From: Escherichia phage vB_EcoM_G37-3
Strand: one strand, 5' to 3'
Length of the DNA stretch: 64,000 nucleotides
Sequence record: MK327941.1
Below the pieces are notes generated by a model. It was not told where the DNA came from and ran no database searches. It saw only the letters and a program-made list of their open reading frames with translations. The translations under genes were made by a program, and so were the position numbers. Positions 27,485-35,976 of the stretch are shown in pieces. How positions within the stretch are numbered: the stretch's first letter is position 1; the number at the start of each line of letters is the position of its first letter.

Positions 27485-27775
27485 TTATTCTTTATACGCA
27501 TATTTCATAAATTTGTCTGCTACTTCATCGGCATGTTCCGATTCTACGCCGGATTCGAGAACAATAGCAAGGTCGGTTTCGTCGTGACCTTCGTACCAGT
27601 GATTATGTGTGTCGTTTGAATCAATATAGAATTTATCACCTTCGTAAGTTCGAGCAAATACATCTAAATTCTCGTCGATGTAAAAGATCCAATCTTCATA
27701 AAGAATAACCGTATTAGCAAGGTTCTTATTACCTTCAACGAAAGGTTCGGCTACAAACAAATCAGTACGTTCCAT
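27485..27775 (-). CDS. HxHW-family small protein, member 5
   Basis: THNHWYEGHDETDLAIVLE. Confidence 0.5.
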   Translation of the reverse strand: MERTDLFVAEPFVEGNKNLANTVILYEDWIFYIDENLDVFARTYEGDKFYIDSNDTHNHWYEGHDETDLAIVLESGVESEHADEVADKFMKYAYKE

Positions 27776-27790
27776 AGTATTTTCCTCAAA

Positions 27791-27952
27791 TTAAGAAAAA
27801 GCGTTGAAAACACCCGCCAACACAACTACGTTAGCGATAAGGCTTAAAAAGCATTTCTTGATACTTTCAGTGCAGATACCAATACTGGCAGGAATTACAC
27901 CGATCACGATAGCATAAAGAATAACTGCGATTTCTTGAAATACACCGTTCAT
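27791..27952 (-). CDS. Small membrane protein (53 aa)
   Basis: Hydrophobic ORF MNGVFQEIAVILYAIVIGVIPASIGI... Confidence 0.35.
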   Translation of the reverse strand: MNGVFQEIAVILYAIVIGVIPASIGICTESIKKCFLSLIANVVVLAGVFNAFS

Positions 27953-28008
27953 AATATTATCCTCAATTTGTGGGAGAGTATTACCCTCCCGATTATTGTT
28001 ATACTACA

Positions 28009-28311
28009 TTACGCAAAATGGCGTGTCAATACTTCTTTTGCTGTTCCGCTAAGATTCTCGATCTCTCCTGGCATAACATCAACCGCCAGAACTTCTACAA
28101 CATCCTCTGATCCTAACCAGTGAGTATGACCTTTGTAGAACTTGATATCCCATTTATCGCTATCGCTAGCCCACCACACATCACCGTCTATAAAGTTGAT
28201 GTAAAGCACACTACGACACATTGAATTAGTTACTTTCAATACTGCGCCTTTCATCTCTTCCACGGTATGGTCTTCCATTTTGAAGACCTCGCCTACCTTA
28301 ACTTTTGCCAT
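28009..28311 (-). CDS. HxHW-family small protein, member 6
   Basis: GHTHWLGSEDVVEVLAVDVMP; start at ATG 28311. Confidence 0.5.
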   Translation of the reverse strand: MAKVKVGEVFKMEDHTVEEMKGAVLKVTNSMCRSVLYINFIDGDVWWASDSDKWDIKFYKGHTHWLGSEDVVEVLAVDVMPGEIENLSGTAKEVLTRHFA

Positions 28312-28312
28312 G

Positions 28313-28579
28313 TTACATGCTCCGAATATGTTTAGATGCATCTTCCAGTTCGTCGATAGTGACACTGTGAGCCAGTAAGTGTACTGGTTGTGGTTCTTCA
28401 CCTTCCATAGTATTGATCAGATGACCGTTTCCTGGGTGGAATGTATCGTTGCCGTTCCAAATAGCATACACATCATCTTCTGTTACGTAGATAATAAGTC
28501 CAATCGGTGATTCTGGTAATTGAAAAATTTTACCCACTGCATCTTTGCGATTGTTTACGATATCTTTTACTGTCTTCAT
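28313..28579 (-). CDS. HxHW-family-related small protein, member 7 (divergent)
   Basis: FHPGNGHLINTMEGEEPQPVHLLAHSVTIDE. Confidence 0.4.
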   Translation of the reverse strand: MKTVKDIVNNRKDAVGKIFQLPESPIGLIIYVTEDDVYAIWNGNDTFHPGNGHLINTMEGEEPQPVHLLAHSVTIDELEDASKHIRSM

Positions 28580-28598
28580 TTAGTTACCTCTCGTTAAA

Positions 28599-28778
28599 TT
28601 ACATCACAATCACGCCAGCCGTTGAAAGTTGATGTTTCAACTGAGCATTTTCTGCTACTGTCAAATCAATGATTTCTTGTGACGCTGCAATCATATAGCC
28701 ATTGGTGATATTGTTTTGCATCAGTTCAATGGTTTCTTCGTTGTAGCGGATTTTAGCGATGATTTCGTTGAAGTTCAT
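28599..28778 (-). CDS. Small hypothetical protein (59 aa)
   Basis: ATG with GGAGA RBS. Confidence 0.4.
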   Translation of the reverse strand: MNFNEIIAKIRYNEETIELMQNNITNGYMIAASQEIIDLTVAENAQLKHQLSTAGVIVM

Positions 28779-28812
28779 GTTTGATTCTCCTAGTTCGTTT
28801 CGGTATGTGTGT

Positions 28813-28842
28813 ATTATAGGGGAGTTTAACCTCCCTTGTCAA
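28813..28842 (-). promoter_or_regulatory. Early promoter with palindromic spacer (PeSL-type)
   Basis: Minus strand TTGACA-AGGGAGGTTAAACTCCCC-TATAAT. Confidence 0.6.
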
Positions 28843-28850
28843 CAACTTTT

Positions 28851-29162
28851 TTAAAGTTTTTCCATGATAACGGTCATAATTACATCTTCTGCGCGGGCGG
28901 TCAGATTATCAGCGTCAGCATGTGGGCGGTTGGTTGTTACAGAGATAACACCGTTGCGCACTGGTTTGATATTGATATCAAGATGATCCGCGAAACGTTC
29001 GCCAGTTACAGAATGAATTTTGGTGTTAAATTCTTTTGCCAGTGCCTTGCGAACTTCACGAATCAGGATAGCGTTTTTCAGTTGGTTCTCCGCGCTCATG
29101 GTCTTCTGGGTGTTCATGGTTCCGTCGAAGTCAATCATTGGCAGCGTTACGATGTATTTCAT
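28851..29162 (-). CDS. Hypothetical protein, paralog of 25322-25609
   Basis: Shared AKEFN.K core. Confidence 0.5.
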   Translation of the reverse strand: MKYIVTLPMIDFDGTMNTQKTMSAENQLKNAILIREVRKALAKEFNTKIHSVTGERFADHLDINIKPVRNGVISVTTNRPHADADNLTARAEDVIMTVIMEKL

Positions 29163-29207
29163 TTTTGATTCTCCGTTTAAGAAAGTGTGTTTCGTTTTGA
29201 TGTGTGT

Positions 29208-29236
29208 AGTATAGGGGATACGTGATCCCCTGTCAA
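29208..29236 (-). promoter_or_regulatory. Early promoter with palindromic spacer (PeSL-type)
   Basis: Minus strand TTGACA-GGGGATCACGTATCCCC-TATACT. Confidence 0.65.
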
Positions 29237-29249
29237 CAACTTTTTTGAA

Positions 29250-29594
29250 TTATTTTTTCATGAGCTTAATGGCTTCTTCCATAGCCAGCACATTTCGATA
29301 GTTAGGGTATCGTGTTAGATCGTCATACATTCGCTTAAGGGTGGAAACTTCCTCAAACTCTGGGTTTTCTAGATACAGTTGAACAAATTGTTTCTCTACC
29401 ATCTCGGCTTTTAGCTTGTCTGCTTGTTCCTGTTCATATGATTTCGTTGGACCCAACACCAACAAAATGATAAAGGTGATCAACGGGCTAATGATCAATG
29501 ATAGGATAACATAACCGATAACGCTACGGTTTAAACGGCTTGCGTACATGCCTACCAGGAAAACAAAAAGGATATAGATAAACAGAAAGAACAT
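29250..29594 (-). CDS. Membrane protein (hypothetical)
   Basis: Hydrophobic N-terminal half. Confidence 0.5.
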   Translation of the reverse strand: MFFLFIYILFVFLVGMYASRLNRSVIGYVILSLIISPLITFIILLVLGPTKSYEQEQADKLKAEMVEKQFVQLYLENPEFEEVSTLKRMYDDLTRYPNYRNVLAMEEAIKLMKK

Positions 29595-29601
29595 ATAATG
29601 G

Positions 29602-30075
29602 TTACTCCTTATTTTCGCGCTCGTACTTTTCGAAATAAAATTCTACTGGCTGGTCATGAATTGACAGCAAGCCAAAGCGTTTAGCCGCTCGCAATCCCAT
29701 ATTGCGCTGAATGTACTTCTGGAAGTTCTCGCGTATACACTTACGCCAGTATTCTAAGCCCATACAGCTTTTATAAAGATTGCATTGCACACACGCCGGA
29801 TTCATGTTATCAAGTATATCATGTTCCGGTTTATGCATTCCTACAACCTTATACTTCCACGATCCATCATCATTACGGGCAATTCGTCCATTTTCATCAT
29901 AGACTACCTTTGAGCGTCGCAATACTGGTTTGATGTGGTCTGCGTGCCAGCGATCCCCTAGTTCCTCGCCACAATAGGCACAACGTCCACCATATTTCAT
30001 TTTCAGGATCTGGCGTTGCTCTTTCTTTGACAATTTTTTAGGTTTAGGGGCTTTCGCCCCTTCATTATCACACAT
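29602..30075 (-). CDS. HNH endonuclease
   Basis: CAYCGE...HADHIKP...CVQCN motif set. Confidence 0.65.
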   Translation of the reverse strand: MCDNEGAKAPKPKKLSKKEQRQILKMKYGGRCAYCGEELGDRWHADHIKPVLRRSKVVYDENGRIARNDDGSWKYKVVGMHKPEHDILDNMNPACVQCNLYKSCMGLEYWRKCIRENFQKYIQRNMGLRAAKRFGLLSIHDQPVEFYFEKYERENKE

Positions 30076-31570
30076 CGAATACCTCTTTTACTGTATTTGC
30101 AGTGGTCTTGTCGTAGCGAATACGTTTGATGATCGGGAGAAATAAAGAGAACTCCGGTTCATCTTCTTTACGTGATTTGCTGCGGATATACCCGTTGCAT
30201 GTCATCTCAATGACTTTTCCAATCAGGTTATGACGGTCAGCCCATAACATTTCTCGGTCGAGTTCATTTCGACGATCGAACGGAATTACACGTTCAATAC
30301 CATCATCACCTTTTTCGGTTGTAGTGTCGGTTAATCCCGATCCGGTGTTAGTCATCATTCGTCCGCACGCACTACGGACAGTAAAACCGCCTACCTTATT
30401 GGGGTCTTTACTATGCGGATATACATCAACAATTTCCGCGTCGAAGTCAATCACTTCTTTAAATTTAACCTGATCTTTACTACGGCGATCTTCAAATACA
30501 CCATGTAAATTTTTAAGGATAATACCTTCTAAGCCCATGTTTACATAGCGATGATATACTTCGCGAGCTTCATCTATATTGTTAACTACAGTGTTTTCGA
30601 TTATCTGAACACGAGGATCGTTAAGTTCTTCAACAATCTGTTTTAGTTCTTCGAATCGATCTTTATATTGCTTCGTTGCTTTCTCGTTTCCGTAATACAC
30701 ATCACGGTCGATAACATCCCAGACAGTATAAACAATACATTGGGCTTCTTCTTTTGGAATAGTTCCTTTAAGTGATTTGTTGAGGATACCATTTCCGGTC
30801 TGACGGTCTGCAACAACGGATTCTTTTACTGCTTCCGCTACTGGCGTTAATGGCATTTCCTCTTCTTCAAATATCCATGACAGAGTACCATCATAAACGC
30901 TTTCAACGAAGTTCTGCGCTGGTGTTTGCGAAAGGGTAGGCATATATACCAATTCGCCATCTAGAACAATTCCACGGCCTCGTAGACGCTCTAAAACCGC
31001 AAACAAATCATCAAGTCCCTGATAGGTATTACCTGAACGGGTATAGATTGCTAATGTTTCCCCGTCAATATCAGCCATACCACGAGCACCATCGCTTTTA
31101 AGTTGTGCATACGCCGGATACTTGATATTAGCAATAGCCTTATCAGAATATGACGATGCAAGGTGACACGGTTGCTGGGGGATCAGTTTCTTCCATACCT
31201 TGTTTGCAGTGGTAGCGGAACAACCACATTCCAGATCACGATTCAGGACCATCATTGCAACTTTAGCATCATCTTCTGACAAGCAAGTCAGAGTATCGGT
31301 AACTAGCTGTAATGCTGCGTTACCAGTTACTTGACGCGTGGCAAGTTTATTTTTAAAGACCTGTAATGCACCGGATAAAGACAATACAGACGAATAACGC
31401 GATGGTTTATCGTATTTCTTTACGCCAAACGTAACCTGTTTGCAATATGCCAGATAAAAGCATTCTTTCAGTGTTTCATTGCTTGCAGATTCTTTCAGGA
31501 TCTTTTCTTTCAGCGATGTTTTGTCTGTTGCTGCAAGCTGGTTAATGATATTAAGAATTGACATTTTCAC
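30068..31570 (-). CDS. 30: DNA ligase gp30
   Basis: 500 aa; KADGAR lysine-adenylation motif; extended similarity to T4 ligase. Confidence 0.9.
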   Translation of the reverse strand: MKMSILNIINQLAATDKTSLKEKILKESASNETLKECFYLAYCKQVTFGVKKYDKPSRYSSVLSLSGALQVFKNKLATRQVTGNAALQLVTDTLTCLSEDDAKVAMMVLNRDLECGCSATTANKVWKKLIPQQPCHLASSYSDKAIANIKYPAYAQLKSDGARGMADIDGETLAIYTRSGNTYQGLDDLFAVLERLRGRGIVLDGELVYMPTLSQTPAQNFVESVYDGTLSWIFEEEEMPLTPVAEAVKESVVADRQTGNGILNKSLKGTIPKEEAQCIVYTVWDVIDRDVYYGNEKATKQYKDRFEELKQIVEELNDPRVQIIENTVVNNIDEAREVYHRYVNMGLEGIILKNLHGVFEDRRSKDQVKFKEVIDFDAEIVDVYPHSKDPNKVGGFTVRSACGRMMTNTGSGLTDTTTEKGDDGIERVIPFDRRNELDREMLWADRHNLIGKVIEMTCNGYIRSKSRKEDEPEFSLFLPIIKRIRYDKTTANTVKEVFDV

Positions 31571-32030
31571 CTCGTTTTGTTAAACGTTCACGAATATCAT
31601 TGAGGATACTACAAAATTCCGATTCAGTCAATATAGTCTTTAACGGATCAGTTCCACCTATGCTATGACGTAATTTCTTATTTCCTGTAGCGAGTAATGC
31701 TTTACAAAATTCTGGGTTATTCCGTGCCATCGTAACAAATGCCAGATGTACCAGTCTGTAATAATGCTCACTCATTCGATGAATCGGGCGACCCTGAAAA
31801 TATAACATGTGATTCTCAATCTTTTCAGTTCTTCCGGTTCTTTTTGCTTTGCCACCGTGCATCAAAAAGATTTCTCTTTGTCTCTGAGGGTTCTTAAATC
31901 TTAGCCCCTGTAAAAATCCTTCTGTGCTGTTAATATCGCAACCAAATAGACGGAATGGTCTTTTATTGAAATTACTCAATTCACCAGATGGATAAGGTCC
32001 ACCCGCATAGATATCAATTTCAGAAGTCAT
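31551..32030 (-). CDS. NADAR-domain protein (YbiA-like)
   Basis: ELSNF...PF...NSTEGFLQGLRF matches the NADAR signature (E. coli YbiA: DFSNF...PI...PTSEHYFQAQKF). Confidence 0.55.
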   Translation of the reverse strand: MTSEIDIYAGGPYPSGELSNFNKRPFRLFGCDINSTEGFLQGLRFKNPQRQREIFLMHGGKAKRTGRTEKIENHMLYFQGRPIHRMSEHYYRLVHLAFVTMARNNPEFCKALLATGNKKLRHSIGGTDPLKTILTESEFCSILNDIRERLTKRGENVNS

Positions 32031-32184
32031 TGAAACTAATCTCGCTAATCAGAGAGAACGGATCATAATCGTCATTAGGAATATCGATAGTAATCGAATG
32101 AGGATTTACCCATACACCAAACTGGTCTTCTTCGGTGAATACTTCGGTATGGATTTCGTGGATGTTTACATTCATAGTTTTCAT
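32024..32184 (-). CDS. Small hypothetical protein (53 aa)
   Basis: ATG with AAGGAA RBS. Confidence 0.35.
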
Positions 32185-32228
32185 AATAAAATTCCTTAAT
32201 AATCAATAACTTACAAAATCATATAGCC

Positions 32229-32255
32229 AAAATATAGGCGGGATTATTACCCGCC
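32229..32255 (-). terminator. Rho-independent terminator after gene 31
   Basis: GGCGGGTAATAATCCCGCC hairpin plus T-rich tail on minus strand. Confidence 0.55.
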
Positions 32256-32266
32256 GTTTAAAATCA

Positions 32267-32590
32267 TTAACCGTAAACTACCACAATATTCTGTTTGTGC
32301 GTTACAGTCCATTTCAGGTCGATCTCTTCTTCCTTCTTAACGCCGTTAATAACGTCTGGATGAGGAACTTTATTAAGTTTCCCATGAGGAAGCAATACAG
32401 TCTTGCCCAGCAATTCTTTATCAACGTTATCACCGATATCAATAATCTTACCGACTAAAGGAATCTCTCCCATAGTTCGTTTTTGCTCTATGATAATACC
32501 AAAATCGCTCTTTACTTCGGTCCCTGCGCTTTCCGCTTTAGCTTCAATGATCACATAGTCACCAAGTGCTTTAGGAGTTTTAACGGTCAT
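32267..32590 (-). CDS. 31: Co-chaperonin gp31 (GroES-like)
   Basis: 107 aa; GDYVII, VPHP motif; synteny with T4 gp31. Confidence 0.75.
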   Translation of the reverse strand: MTVKTPKALGDYVIIEAKAESAGTEVKSDFGIIIEQKRTMGEIPLVGKIIDIGDNVDKELLGKTVLLPHGKLNKVPHPDVINGVKKEEEIDLKWTVTHKQNIVVVYG

Positions 32591-32631
32591 AATTTTCTTA
32601 CCTCTTCAATTCATCTCAATAGTAAATTATT

Positions 32632-33242
32632 TTATTTCGCGACCTTTGGATTTCGCCGCAGACCGGAATGTATTTGCGCTATACAACAATAAGAAACATT
32701 AAACATATCAGCTATAATTTGCTTCTTAACTTTTCCTTTAAGCCGCATTATTTCTTCGACTTGCGCATTTGTCAGTTTTGCCCGTGAGTGGTTTTCACCG
32801 ACATTGTTATTGAGTCCAGTTCTAAATGAATGTCTCATATTTTCTAGTAAGGTTACTATTTCTAGATTCCACACATAATTGCAGGTTTTACACCATTGAT
32901 GTGATTAACCTCAAGTCCGGTAACGTCTCCTAGAAATGCATTTGCTACAAGTCGATGTATCTTTTCGGCTTTAACTGAGATTTTACCATTGTCTTTTTGT
33001 TTTGACAATGTTGAATAATAATATCCATATCGGTCTAAAATTGGTTTTATTATTTTACCAACACGTTTTTGTTTTACGAGCTTAATATTACCGGGAGAAA
33101 CTTCTCTATAAAATTCGATACTTCGGTCAATAGATCTCAATCTACCATAATTAGAGATTTCATACCACGGATAACCTACAGCTTGTCTCCATTCTTCCGG
33201 CGCTGGTAATATGATATTATCATCTTTTGTTTCCATTGTCAA
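32632..33242 (-). pseudogene. HNH homing endonuclease (NUMOD4 + HNH_3), frameshifted
   Basis: N-terminal ORF has YEISNYGRLRS and HRLVANAF...VNHINGVK, then stops; next frame continues NLEIVTLLENMRHSFRTGL; single frame change near 32870. Confidence 0.6.
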
Positions 33243-33565
33243 CTGCCACCGTAAATTTCGACGATCTGCGCTGGAGTCAGCCCATCCACATTAATCAGAC
33301 TATCAAGCCCAAAACTACGGAAACCTTCAACTGCAATTTCATATACTGGCAAAGATGTTTCTGATTCTTTACGCGGTTTTTCAACATTCGGAACTAACCA
33401 CTTTTCGTATGTTTCAAACGGCATCAGTGCCGGATCTCGCGTGGCGATCATCTCGCGGACAGTACCATCTTTCTTAGTAAACTGCAAAGAGTGAGTACCG
33501 ACCGAAAACATTTTCTTTAGTGCTTCACGAAGTGCGATATTATCAACTTGTTCAGTCATTATCAA
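33239..33565 (-). CDS. Hypothetical protein
   Basis: 108 aa. Confidence 0.5.
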   Translation of the reverse strand: MIMTEQVDNIALREALKKMFSVGTHSLQFTKKDGTVREMIATRDPALMPFETYEKWLVPNVEKPRKESETSLPVYEIAVEGFRSFGLDSLINVDGLTPAQIVEIYGGS

Positions 33566-34058
33566 TACCCTTCAAATCAGTCAATAATGCTTTTGGAATA
33601 CGCGTGATTGTAATATCTGTATTATTCAGAATATCAGCCCAATCACGCCCACCATTTCGATCATATGTGTCGCAATAGTATAAATGTTTAATTCCACTGT
33701 TTGCAATTGCTTTAGCGCAATCTGGACACGGTGAAGCAGTACACCACATACTAGCGCCTTCAATCGATACACCGCTACGGGCAGCAAACAAAATAGCATT
33801 TAATTCAGCATGGATCTCGTTTTTCTGTGACCATGCACTATGCTCTGGTCGTTTTTCTGGGATCATTTTGCCGTCATCATCCAGCCAACCGTTTTTATGT
33901 GCATGACAGCTACAATTTACTTGCCCTGCTGGAGTTCCGTTAAATCCAGTAGAAATGATTCGCCCGTCTTTTTCGATCAGTGCGCCTACCTTCCACGAAA
34001 CACATTTAGAGTTCTTTGCGATCAGATAGGCGATCTGCATGTAAGTTTGTGACAACAT
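33552..34058 (-). CDS. cd: dCMP deaminase
   Basis: Zinc-binding deaminase motifs HAELNAI and PCPDC. Confidence 0.85.
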   Translation of the reverse strand: MLSQTYMQIAYLIAKNSKCVSWKVGALIEKDGRIISTGFNGTPAGQVNCSCHAHKNGWLDDDGKMIPEKRPEHSAWSQKNEIHAELNAILFAARSGVSIEGASMWCTASPCPDCAKAIANSGIKHLYYCDTYDRNGGRDWADILNNTDITITRIPKALLTDLKGIDND

Positions 34059-34079
34059 AATATAATCCTCACATATTAA

Positions 34080-34283
34080 TTAACCGTATACGCGAAAGTA
34101 TTCTACTGATCCGTCGCTATACTGTTTTACATTGAATGTATTCACACCATGATTATTTCTCATGATGACATATACACTGCGACGTTCATCGCTAAACGGC
34201 ATAACTGGCGCTGGTTCAATATCAACACTAAAACCACGGTTAGCAAGTGCTTCGCCTAATTGCTTGAGTTTATCGGTAAACAT
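34080..34283 (-). CDS. Hypothetical protein
   Basis: 67 aa. Confidence 0.45.
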   Translation of the reverse strand: MFTDKLKQLGEALANRGFSVDIEPAPVMPFSDERRSVYVIMRNNHGVNTFNVKQYSDGSVEYFRVYG

Positions 34284-35161
34284 TAAAATTCTCCGTAGTT
34301 AACCTGAAAACATTCTACACCAATTGAGCGGTACATGTCAACCACTTGATCGCGGTCATCTACCGCCAAAACAACATGATAACGCGGTGCAATTTCAGAG
34401 AAGAAGATCTCTTTCTTCACTTCATGATCAGGACGACGATCATTAGTTTCACGTTGAAAGTGATCACTAGGTTCAATACCCTGTTCACGCAGCCATTGCA
34501 GAGTATCTTCTTCGCAAACATCCTCACGCCCTGAGCATGTAATGATACGATAGCCATTATCACGATACAGTTTAAGCATTTCGATCACTTGCGGACGAGG
34601 TTTATCTTCTTTGACCTTTGTCCAGTCAAACGGATGACGACCGCCCTTATCCGCTAATGTCCCATCAATATCAAAGATCACTGCCTTTGGCAGCATGGTA
34701 TTCGGTTTGTATACTTCTTGACCCATATATTCCTGCATCAGATAAAATTGGTTACGCAAATGAGAAAGTGGAATTGCTTTCTCGCCGCGATAGAAATTAC
34801 GTTTCTTTAGTGTCTCAAATGATTCATTGAACACTTGTTCAGTATACACCGCGTTAAATTCTTTTGCAAGTTCTTTGTAGAATACACGATGTTTTTCTTT
34901 CAGGTTGGTATCGGAGATAATGATACTCAATCCGCGTGATAGAGTCTCACGAGCAATCATTCTCTGAATAGACTCTACCAGTTTTTCTTTTTCCTTAGTA
35001 TACTTGTATTTCAAATGTGAGTCAACACCAAACAACATAAGACGAAGATCATCGCGATTCACATTACGATAATTACTAAACCGTTTACACGTTTCCATAG
35101 CCCATGTAGTTTTACCGGACCCAGAACAACCAACGGTTAAAATCACTTCACATTTCGGCAT
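34283..35161 (-). CDS. pseT: Polynucleotide 5-kinase / 3-phosphatase
   Basis: P-loop GCSGSGKTT, HAD-like DIDGTL; start at ATG 35161 (MPKCEVIL) with ATGA overlap. Confidence 0.85.
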   Translation of the reverse strand: MPKCEVILTVGCSGSGKTTWAMETCKRFSNYRNVNRDDLRLMLFGVDSHLKYKYTKEKEKLVESIQRMIARETLSRGLSIIISDTNLKEKHRVFYKELAKEFNAVYTEQVFNESFETLKKRNFYRGEKAIPLSHLRNQFYLMQEYMGQEVYKPNTMLPKAVIFDIDGTLADKGGRHPFDWTKVKEDKPRPQVIEMLKLYRDNGYRIITCSGREDVCEEDTLQWLREQGIEPSDHFQRETNDRRPDHEVKKEIFFSEIAPRYHVVLAVDDRDQVVDMYRSIGVECFQVNYGEF

Positions 35162-35613
35162 TATTTCTCCTTCGGTTTGCACCGTTCCTCATTAAGTTCT
35201 TTTCGATAATAACACATGATCAACTTACTTTCAAGTGTATATCTCTTAATATCCGCAAGCCAGACTCTAAATTTTTGGGAGTCCTCCCACGACATAGAAA
35301 CTCTAGGTTTACCGTCTATTGTATCCACTTTCAGGTCAATGTCAACTTTTTCTATTGGTGCTGGTAGTGAAGGATGTAATTTCGGTTCCTGTGAATAATG
35401 GTCCAGTGTACACGAAGAAAGCGCAAATACAATAGGCACAGCGAAAACATGGATTATGGCGGTCTGAAAATTCTTATGTGCTTTCTTAAACATCCAGTGT
35501 ATCACGAAAATTGAAAACACCATCAGGATAATAATGCTTGCACCTATCCCCAGATAATCAACCAGATTAAAATTGCTTATCTGCTCTTGCGTAGGCAATA
35601 TTTCTATGCTCAT
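35161..35613 (-). CDS. Putative o-spanin (lipoprotein); start uncertain
   Basis: Internal Met followed by signal peptide and lipobox LSSC; adjacent to i-spanin candidate. Confidence 0.4.
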   Translation of the reverse strand: MSIEILPTQEQISNFNLVDYLGIGASIIILMVFSIFVIHWMFKKAHKNFQTAIIHVFAVPIVFALSSCTLDHYSQEPKLHPSLPAPIEKVDIDLKVDTIDGKPRVSMSWEDSQKFRVWLADIKRYTLESKLIMCYYRKELNEERCKPKEK

Positions 35614-35933
35614 TTAGTAGCCTCCTTTAATTCTTCGGTAAACTCCTTAAATGAGTCATTAAGCTGTTTCTCTACCAACTTGGGTTTTTGTGCTACTACA
35701 TAGCCTCGTGTAGCGTCTTTCATTGCTTTGTTTTGTTCTTCTGCAAACTTAGTTCTTATTCCGTACATCTCCTTTTGTAGTGAGTCTACAATCTTCATCT
35801 TTTCATCTGTCTTTTTCTTATACTCTGTAAATTCCTGATTCAGTCGATCTACCTCCTTTTTATTTTCCCACCACATATTACCACCTACCCCTAGCAAGAC
35901 AGAGATGATAACAATGTATATCAGCTTTGACAT
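35610..35933 (-). CDS. Putative i-spanin
   Basis: N-terminal transmembrane helix followed by charged coiled-coil-like region. Confidence 0.45.
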   Translation of the reverse strand: MSKLIYIVIISVLLGVGGNMWWENKKEVDRLNQEFTEYKKKTDEKMKIVDSLQKEMYGIRTKFAEEQNKAMKDATRGYVVAQKPKLVEKQLNDSFKEFTEELKEATK

Positions 35934-35976
35934 ATTACCCCCAACGACAAAAGGCGGGAACTAGCCCCGCTTATTA

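Noticed and set aside
35494-35613. N-terminal 40 codons of ORF 35161-35613 as a separate small membrane gene
   Set aside because: No stop separates it from the downstream lipobox region and no independent RBS for the internal Met was evident; left as one ORF with uncertain start.
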